Source: a virus (lineage: Duplodnaviria; Caudoviricetes). Taken from it: a stretch of DNA of 58,317 nt. Location of the stretch: the IMG/VR virus record IMGVR_UViG_3300002855_000234, positions 1 to 58,317 of that record. One strand, given 5' to 3'. Below are positions 47,886 to 56,700 of this stretch, piece by piece; positions within the stretch are counted from its first letter, which is position 1, and every line of letters starts with the position of its first letter. Below the pieces are notes generated by a model. It was given only the letters and a program-made list of their open reading frames with translations, was not told where the DNA came from and made no database searches. The translations under genes and the position numbers were made by a program.

Positions 47886-49013
47886 TTAATGCTTTGCCGT
47901 GAACTTGTCAGCAAGAGTTTTACCGTAAGATATGAACGGCTTTTCTATATATGCATAAGTCTTTATTGACATGTAGCACATGGCATACCATGTAAGTGTT
48001 TGTAATACGTAATAAGTGACGTGGTTATTATTTATACCGTAATGAAATAATGTTTTATTCATTACAAACCACGCCACACCGTGCATCAGGTAAAGGCTGT
48101 AACTGGCATCACCAAGTAAAACGGTTCCTCTGCTTGTGAGGAACCCGAACAAGGTTCCTCCAGTGGCGATCATAAAGAAGAACACACCGATGAATACTGC
48201 AGATATAACATTATATGCAGTCTGTTTTTCTGAGTAAAACATGCAGTAAATTAATATCAACAGGGCGATTACGTTTTTTATAAGTATTGAAAACTTGAAG
48301 TCGAATCTAGATTTCAGGTTTTTAATTAATATGCCGATGGCAAAAAACAGCAGTAATGATGAGTTAAATAGAGGTATTTTAAAGAATGATGCCGTGTTAA
48401 TTAATATGGCGATAGAAGCGATACAGATACCTATCGTATAGGTTCTATTGAACAGAAGGGCCAATAAAGGTAAGGAAAAATAGAAAATCCATTCCCAGTA
48501 CAATGTCCAGGTAACGCCCGCATTTATGAGGTTGGTGTGTTTGAATCCAAACAGGGCTGGGCGCATTCCTGACGTGCCACCATCAAACCAATAAACCAAA
48601 TCAACGTAATTCGACTTCCACCCACCCTGTATCCCAATGTAAGCGGCGATAACTATGCAGCAAATAGAAGACAGATAACACATAGGTACGATCCTGAAGA
48701 ATCGCTTAATGAAGAATTCTGGCCAATTACTTTCCTTCTTCATCTCACCAAACAGATATCCAGTAATCATAAAGAATACCGCGACGCCGAACGTTCCTGC
48801 ATATGCAAGGACGCTGTCTGATGACCGCCATACTCCAATTTTGAATAGATTCTCTGAATATCCATTGTGGTGAAAGACTACAAATGCAGCAAGGATGTAG
48901 CGGAGTCCATCAATATTGTACTGCCTATCGGCCTCTACTTTCTCTTTTCTGAACCCAAATAAAAAAGAGGCAGATAAGATACAAAATATGACCCATGTCA
49001 CATATAAATTCAT
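47886..49013 (-). CDS. Acyltransferase-3 family O-acyltransferase (probable surface conversion)
   Basis: IDGLRYILAAFVVFHH, GVAVFFMITGY, KRFFRI, WTL.WEW.FY, LG..SYSLYLMH; multi-TM, AT-rich. Confidence 0.92.
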   Translation of the reverse strand: MNLYVTWVIFCILSASFLFGFRKEKVEADRQYNIDGLRYILAAFVVFHHNGYSENLFKIGVWRSSDSVLAYAGTFGVAVFFMITGYLFGEMKKESNWPEFFIKRFFRIVPMCYLSSICCIVIAAYIGIQGGWKSNYVDLVYWFDGGTSGMRPALFGFKHTNLINAGVTWTLYWEWIFYFSLPLLALLFNRTYTIGICIASIAILINTASFFKIPLFNSSLLLFFAIGILIKNLKSRFDFKFSILIKNVIALLILIYCMFYSEKQTAYNVISAVFIGVFFFMIATGGTLFGFLTSRGTVLLGDASYSLYLMHGVAWFVMNKTLFHYGINNNHVTYYVLQTLTWYAMCYMSIKTYAYIEKPFISYGKTLADKFTAKH

Positions 49014-49222
49014 TTTTGTACAAATTCCATATATTTAGTCAGCTTGCCAAAATGATATCTACTTTACTGATTTATTGTAGGAACGGAAGTTTACCATCCA
49101 AGGAGCGATTGATCGACTCTATGATAGTGGTAGTTGCCATGGGATGAGAGTTGTCAACACCAATTTTAAGTGGTGTTGAACCCTGATAAGATGTTTCCGA
49201 TTGCAATCAAAGGGAAAATGGA

Positions 49223-49747
49223 ATGAAAAAATTTTTAGTAGTGGCGCTTGGTATGCTGGTTTTGGCTGGGTGTTCCAATACTCAAGGCACGGGGCCAATT
49301 TCAGGTATTGATCGACATAGTGGCAGCAAAACGATCATCATTCAGCCACATGGCACTGATTGTGAGTCCATGCAGTGTATCGCGCTGGGGGCATTCTGGA
49401 CTGAAAGTGAAAAAGATTATGCTTTATTGACTATTTCGCTGATGAATACCAGTGATTTTGTTCGTAGCGCTTACCTCGAAATAGGCGGGGTTAAATATCC
49501 TCTGCGAGATGATGGAGATCTAACGCGATATGATCGCCCACTGAACAATGTTTCATCATATGTGGAATCTAAGAAAGACTACATAATCCCCTTGGATGTA
49601 GTGAAAAAAATCACTACATCCAAGAAAGCTTGGGTTTTTGTGCAGACCGGAAGCGGTTACATGTCTAACGCAATAATTGATGCTCAAGGAGATAGTAAGG
49701 CCTACTATGCGCTTCAGCGATTCCTTGCAGCGATTCCAAAAACCTAA
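49223..49747 (+). CDS. Lipoprotein moron
   Basis: MKK + hydrophobic stretch + LAGC lipobox; own terminator at 49754-49776. Confidence 0.8.
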   Translation: MKKFLVVALGMLVLAGCSNTQGTGPISGIDRHSGSKTIIIQPHGTDCESMQCIALGAFWTESEKDYALLTISLMNTSDFVRSAYLEIGGVKYPLRDDGDLTRYDRPLNNVSSYVESKKDYIIPLDVVKKITTSKKAWVFVQTGSGYMSNAIIDAQGDSKAYYALQRFLAAIPKT

Positions 49748-49813
49748 AAGCTGAGCCCACTCAGGTGGGCTTTTTTGCATTATGGAATTGATCTACACCG
49801 CCGATCGATAATA

Positions 49814-49829
49814 CTGTATGCATATACAG
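49814..49829. promoter_or_regulatory. LexA (SOS) box
   Basis: CTGTATGCATATACAG = CTGT-N8-ACAG upstream of the umuD'-like gene. Confidence 0.9.
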
Positions 49830-49848
49830 TTACTATCAGAGGTGAATT

Positions 49849-50235
49849 ATGGGATTCCCCAGTCCTGCATCAGACTATGTAGAACAGCGCATATCATTAG
49901 ACAGGCGCATCATCACTAAACCAGCGGCCACGTACTTTATGAGAGCTGGGGCGACACATTACCGGGAGGGCATACTCAACGGCGCTTTGCTCGTTGTAGA
50001 CGCATCACTTAATCCGTGCGACGGATCGATTCTTGTGTGTAGATTGGGTTCAGAGATGCGCATCAAGAAGTATCGCAAGTTTCCGACTCCTCACTTAGAG
50101 GACCTGGAGACAGGCAGGAAAGAGGCGATACCCAAAAGCGAGGAGGAGGGGATTAACGAGGCAATATTCGGGGTGATAACGTACATTATCAACGATGCAC
50201 GCTCAGGTGAGTTTGATGACAGCCCTGTGATGTGA
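49849..50235 (+). CDS. UmuD'-like (HumD-like) protein
   Basis: Starts MGFPSPASDYVE; catalytic GDSM replaced by GATH. Confidence 0.85.
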   Translation: MGFPSPASDYVEQRISLDRRIITKPAATYFMRAGATHYREGILNGALLVVDASLNPCDGSILVCRLGSEMRIKKYRKFPTPHLEDLETGRKEAIPKSEEEGINEAIFGVITYIINDARSGEFDDSPVM

Positions 50236-50280
50236 TGGAGAAAAGGCATAGCTATGCAGTTGGCATGGCTGTGCACTCTC

Positions 50281-50353
50281 TGTGTCACAGATGTGTCATG
50301 CATTGATGAGCCGTAACGAAACGCAGAAGCATATAACGACACGTAATGACACA
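50281..50353. other. Putative integrase arm-type sites
   Basis: TGTGTC pair 11 bp apart (50281, 50292), inverted GACAC copies (50338, 50348); same pair at 35 and 46. Confidence 0.6.
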
Positions 50354-50414
50354 AATCCGGCGCGAGCGCGGAAAAACTAATGATATTACAGTGTGTTAAA
50401 TAGTGCTCTACGTT

Positions 50415-50459
50415 CTTCTAAGCCGTAGGTCACAGGTTCGAATCCTGTAGGGCGTGCCA
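50415..50459 (+). other. attR core: 3' half of tRNA-Arg(UCU), argU-like
   Basis: CTTCTAAGCCGTAGGTCACAGGTTCGAATCCTGTAGGGCGTGCCA without the 5' half. Confidence 0.9.
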
Positions 50460-50656
50460 CTTCGACAAAATCAGACGTCACCCGACGTCTTTTTTATGCC
50501 TGAAATTCAGTTAGTTGCCTGAATTCAGCGCATCTAAATTCTCTCAGCGTCTACTTACATCTACCTGTATCAAGAAGTCGCTGTTGGTATATGTGATGAA
50601 TGCCTTGTGGTTAGCTTGCCATGAGTCTATCCAGATGATTAGATGAAAAGCTAGAA

Positions 50657-50687
50657 GCAGAGCCTCTCCTAAATAGAGGGGCTCTGC
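50657..50687 (-). terminator. Hairpin downstream of autotransporter
   Basis: GCAGAGCCTCT..AGGGGCTCTGC inverted repeat. Confidence 0.6.
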
Positions 50688-50730
50688 AGAGTAATGTTAC
50701 CCGTGATACAAAACTGCTCCACTCCACCGC

Positions 50731-53700
50731 TTACCATTGGTATTTTATGCCCACCATAGCCTTAGGCTCGCGGTACTCTCTGTCACCTACCGAGTAGGAG
50801 ACATTAGCCCAGCCGTTCAGGTTTTTATTGCGCTGCCCCTCCACGCCGAGCTTCAGCTCATAGCGGTTTTCCGGCGGCTGGTTGTCAAAGTCATACCGCT
50901 CGTTGAAGGTCAGGGTATTATCGCGGAACTGATGGCGCCAGTTAGCTTCCACGAAAGGCTGCACGCTCTGACCCTCTTTGAAGTTATAGACCCGGGTCAG
51001 CCTGGCGCCCAGCCTTGACTCCAGCGAGTTTGATTTGTTCTTGCCGATATTCAGCCCGGAATCGCTGCTTGCCGCGTCGCTGGTTAGCTGCCCGTAAGTC
51101 AGCTGGGCCTGCGGCTGGAACTGCCATTCGCGCTGTTTTTCGACATCTTTTGCAAAGACCCAGGTATGTCCGGCCTCAATTGAGAGGTTGTAGCCGTGGC
51201 TGTCGTATTTCGCATCGGAGTAGCCCGACATGCCGACGCTGTTGTTATACCAGTTATACAGTGCCCAGGTATCAACGTAGGTGCCCAGCGGATTGTCATC
51301 ATTCTGGTACAGCGTGCCATACAGCCCGACGCTATAGGCGCTGTCCACGTTCGCCGTGGCGCGCGATCCCGTATGATGGGACTGGCTGGTGAACTGCTGA
51401 TTACCCACCCCCCCCATAATCCCGACGCGCCCGCGCCAGTTCTGATTATCGCTCCAGTGAATGATGTCATGGCCCAGTTGCACAACCGTGCTGTGGCCGT
51501 CAATGCGCAGCTGATCGTCTATGGCGTCATAACGCTGGTGACTGCCCACAACGCGCAGCCACAGGGAGTGAGCAAAGTCGTCGTCCTGCCGGAGACTCTC
51601 GGCATACTGAGGCTCACCCAGTCGATCGTGCAGGGTCATATTAAACAGCGACAGCGCATTCTGGTTAGCGGCGAAGGCACCGATCATCGGGTTGACATAG
51701 TGCAATTCCGCCACGCCCTGGTTTTCGGAAGGCGGATAGGCCGGATTGAAGGAGCTGAGGTACCAGCTGTTATCGTCAACGCCCCGATTGAGCCGGTACT
51801 CATATACTCCAATCACCGTCGGGCGTCCGAGAACAAAAGCATTGCTGTCTGACCGGCCCTTAACGTCGACCAGCTTAATGGCATCCGGCTGCGTGAAGGC
51901 GCCTTTGCCGCCAACGTTCTGGACGAATATCCGGGTGGCGCCGCCGGCGTCGCGCACGTTACCTGAAACCCGCATCTGGTCGGTGTCGGTTTCTGCAAAG
52001 CCCTTATTCAGCACCGTGTTCAGGTGCAGCGACCCTCCCTGCGAGAGATAGTCACCGCCGATGTTAAGGGTGCTGCCTGTGACGTTATCGCTGCCGAGCA
52101 CAATCTCCCCTGCGTTGCTGAAGTTCCCTTTCACCAGGTATGTTGTGGCGCTATCCAGACTGGCTTTATCCAGGCCGCCGACGTAGAAAGTGCCCTGGTT
52201 GTTGACCGCGCCGGCCGTGGAGCCATATCCGCCGAAAGCTGTGCCCTGAGCGATATTAAGCGCCGAGGTGGTCATGTTGACTGGTGTCGCCTCTTCCCCG
52301 GCAGTAAGGGCACCCTGTGTGATCCACGTTTGCCCGGTATACTGTGCGGCCTGCTGCGTCAGGGTTAGCGTACCGCTCCCTTGTTTGTAGAGGTTGCCAG
52401 TACCGTCGATCAGGTTATTGACGGTCCAGGTGTTCACCTGGGTATTCGTCAGCACCAGATCGCCGCTATTGTGAATATCCGCCGGTGTGCTGGCGGCGGC
52501 CATTACCATTGCCCGCGCGAGCGGGGCAACCTGCGGGCCGTCGCCGATGTTCTGCGCGGACGAAGCGCGAAGGATGCTGTTTGCGCCCACGTTAAAGTCG
52601 CCGCTAAAGGCGGTGTTATTGCCGGTCAGATTTACGTCGGAGCCGTTAATAATATTGGCCTTACCCTCTCCCGACAGGCGGTTCACCAGGTTTCCCGCTG
52701 CGGCCTTAATCACGTTCAGCGTGCCTGCCAGCGTGATTGCACCGTCTCCCAGGCCGGTTACGTGGTGAATGTTGGTCGTAGCCGCCGATGCGATGGCGGT
52801 GGTGCCGTGGTAGCCTGCGTTAGCGGAGGTGATATCCAGCGTGCCGCCGTTGACGTTAAGGTTTGCGTCAGCGGAAGAGGTTATCTGCCCCGCAACGCTG
52901 CCGCCGCTGGCAACGTTGAGGGTGCCCTGCACAAGTGCGGCGGTGCTGCCGGCGTTACCGTTAAGCTGGCCAATGTACTGCGTCGTACCGCCGAGTTTTA
53001 CCTGCGTGCCGGCAAGCAGATTGAGAGCCCGGGTATACTTATCCTCCTGACCCAGCACCGTGTCGTCAGCCAGCACCAGCGTACCGTAGTTGACGGTTGT
53101 GCTGCCCGTATAGTCATTGTGGTGATTAGAGAGGGAAAGATAGTCGCCATAGCCGTTGATACTCACGCTGCCCGCGCCGGTGATCCTGGCACTCAGATCG
53201 AGCGAGTTTTTGATATCGCCCGGACTGGTAGCCAGATTAACGGTTTTGCCGCCCAGAACGTCAATCTGCTTCAACAGATAAGCGGCGTACAGGCCATCAC
53301 CAAGTTCCCCCGTAGTACCGCCAATGCCGTAAGTGCCGGTGGCGACCTTTTCTCCTCCCTGACGAATATCCTGCTGCTGATCTTCCGAGCCGGGCAGGGG
53401 AGAGCCGTCGGGTTTGGTCAGGTCGAGATCGATATCCACCGCTTTCCCTGTCACCTCGCCGGTAGCTTTCACGATGGTGACCAGCGTATTCCCTTCATCC
53501 TGGCGCAGCAGAGATTTACGCGACAGATCCTCCAGCTGTTTCTGTGGGTTATAGTCGTTATCAAAGCCGTTGGCGACGATGTGTACCGACCCTTCTCCGC
53601 TGATATCAAGGTCCGTGACCTGCATATGACTCTGCAGCGCATTTTCCTTCGAGCCGATAAAATCCTCCTGGACAAACAGCGTGCCGCCGTTGAAGCGTAG

Positions 53701-56700
53701 CCCGCCAATGATCTGGGTAGGCTGATCCTTCTGCAAAATGGCCAGGCCGTCCGGATCCAGCTGCAGGGTGGCGTTGGTCAGCGCGCGGGTATTATCGTCA
53801 GCTACGGTGAACTGCCCGTTCCCCAGCGCCAGCGTACCGGTGAAGTTATTCTGCGTATAGTCGGCATTGGCGAAATCGAAGGCCTTACCGTTGGTGTTGG
53901 TTCGAATGGTGCCGCTGCCGCGAATATCCTGCTTCAGAAGGTAGTCCGATGGCGTGGCGTCAAAGTCGATATAGTAGGTACTGTCGCCGTCCAGGCTGAC
54001 GATGTTGGTGCCCGCTCCCGCGTTATTCAGCGCCAGATCGGTGTTTTTAACTTCAAACGTCGAGCCTTTTTCGACGTTGAGATTCTCCATGTTCTGCACG
54101 GCAGCGGCGTTGTTCAGGATGTACCAGCTGCCGTCCGTCACGGTGAGCAGATCGGTTCCCGCGCCGCCGTTTATGCTGCTGAAGGCGTTGCTGCTTTGCA
54201 CTGGCGTCGCGTTGCCCGTGTTCACGCCGTGCAGGGTGTAGCTGTCATTACCGGAACCTGAGGTCAGCGAGCCGTTATGGGTGCCGCCGTAAATATTCAC
54301 CTGGTTGCCGCCGTTGCCCAGCGCCACGGCCTGCGTCTGGCTGGTGTCCTTCAGATCGAGCGTGTTTGCGCCATCGCCCGCCGTTAGCGTCCCGGTTAGC
54401 TTCGCGCCGTTCTGAACGGTGATGGTGTTGTTGCCATTACCCAGCGCCAGATTATTGACCTGGCTGGTATCTTTCAGGGTTACCGTGTTCGCTCCGTCGC
54501 CAGCCGTCAGCGTATCGGTCAGTTTTGCCGTATTCTGCACCGTAATGCTGTTATTGCCGTTTCCTGTCAGGATGTTATCGGTGCTGCTGGCGTCTTTGAG
54601 GGCGATAACGTTGTTGCCGCCGCCCAGCAGGACGCTGCCGGTGATGCTTCCCGAGCCGCTGTTGGTCACGTTTACCGTGCCAGAATGATTTGATGCATCC
54701 ACGGCCTGCCCGCTGCCGTTGGCAGTAATTTTGCCGCTGTTGACCAGATTGACCGTCGAGCCAGGGTTGCTGAGCTGGGTAAGATCGACGACCGCGGCGT
54801 TGTTTGAGGCTGAGGTCAGGTTGCCGGTCTGCTGAATGTCCGTGGTTGTTCCTTTTACCACCAGCGCCGATTGTCCGTCCGGAGAGTTAATATTGACGCT
54901 GGTGCCGGAATAGACGTAGCCGGAGGTATTGGTAACGATGCCGTTGCCACCTTGGTCATTTACGTTTATCACCAGTTGCTCAGAACCGCGGGTATCCATA
55001 TTGGCGTTAGATTGTGTCGGGTTGCCGCTATTGTCCTGGCCCTCAAGAGTGATCCCCGCTGCGTTGTTGCCCGTGACGCTGATGTTGCCCGAACCTGACA
55101 GGTGAAAGGTGCTGCCCGCTGCATCGCCTGCTGTGTTCAGAAAGTGGATACCGCTTCCTGAGCCGTCGACGCTGATATTGGCACCGCTGGTCGTCAGGCT
55201 GGCGCCGGACATAACCCGGATGGCGTCCGCCGTGCCACTGCCGGCGATGGTGCCGTTGCCGCCTACCTTCAGGCTGGCCTTATTGTTCAGGCGAATGGCA
55301 GCCGTGCCGTCCACCGCCGTAATATTGCTGGCGTTATTCACGACCGACGTGCTGGCTCCGGTCTGGTAAACGTCAACGCCGATGCCGTTTGAGGTAATAT
55401 CCCCGTTGTTGGTCAGCGTCCCGCCGTCGATATAGACCCCGGTGGTATCCGCCGCATTGCTAAAGTCGATGGTGCCGTTCTGCACCAGTTCGCCTTTGTT
55501 GATCACCTTATAGCCAATGGCGTTTTCCGCTACCTGTCCGCCGCTGCCGGCGGTCAGCTGCGCCTCTGTGAGCAGTCTGGCACCGTCCTGGCCGACTTTT
55601 TTACCCAGCAGATCGTAGGTGTTGCCGTCGACCGTGGCGATGGTTGCACCGGCGCCGGTCACCTCAATCTGCGTATCGCCGGACAGCGTAACCTTTCCGT
55701 CGGTGCCCGCCCCGCTGTTGACGTTGATCCCGGTAGCGTTATCGCCGTTAACGTTAATGGTGGTGCCGCCGCTGGTAAAGGTCGTTCCTTTCGTCGCGAT
55801 GGTGTAACCGTTTGAGCCGCTGCCGTCGACGTTAACGGTGACCAGATTAGAACTGCTGCCGTCGTAGGTGGCGCCCTGATCGACCCGGAACAGCGTGGAG
55901 TTGCTGTTGGCCAGCGAATAGCTGGTGGGGTCGGAGAAGCCGATCGTTGAGGTTTTGCCCTCCGAGTTTTTACCCGATACCCAGAACACGACCTGATTGC
56001 TGGCACTGGGATCCAGTGGAGCATCGATGGTGCCGCCATTGACGTTGATTATCCCGCCGGTACGGGCGTACAGGCCGGTGGTATTGCTGCCTTTTACCGT
56101 CAGGTTGCTGTTGTTTTCCAGGGTAACCGTTGCGTTGTCGGCGCGGATCCCATAGGCGCGGTTGCCCAGCGAGTCAGAGCCGGTCACCACGACGGTGCCG
56201 TCGTTGACGATCTCCGCACCGGATGCGGAAAAGATCCCGGAGCTGCCGGCGCCGCTGACGTTAATGGTGCCAGTGTTAATGATGCGATCGCTGTTAGCGG
56301 CAGTGAAGGCGCCAGCCGCCTTCAGGCCGGCGCTGTTTTTGCCGAGTACGTCGATGGTACCGGCGTTTTCCACCGTTACGTTCTGCGGCGTCAGAACGGC
56401 GCCGGTGGTGTTGGTCAGCACCGGATCCGCACCGATATTCATGGCAACGCTGTTCTGCGCGCTGTCGCTAATATTGATGTGGCCGCTCGCGCTGTTGGTA
56501 ATGTTGATGGGGTTGCCGTCGTTGTTTACGTAGGCGCTGACGGCGTTATAGGCTTCGTCAACGTTCAGCGTTTCAGTGGCGGAACCGCCCTTCAGGGCCA
56601 CGCTGTTGCCGTCGGCATCCTGGCCGATGGTCATGGTGCCGTTGTTGGTGAAGCTACCGGCGTTGGTGATGTGCGCGCCGGTAGCCGTACCGATTTTCCC

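Noticed and set aside
44003-49800. DGR or invertible tail-fibre cassette
   Set aside because: No reverse transcriptase, invertase, template/variable repeat pair or flanking inverted repeats seen
50390-50459. Second intact tRNA-Arg
   Set aside because: 5' acceptor strand and D arm are missing; it is the att duplicate
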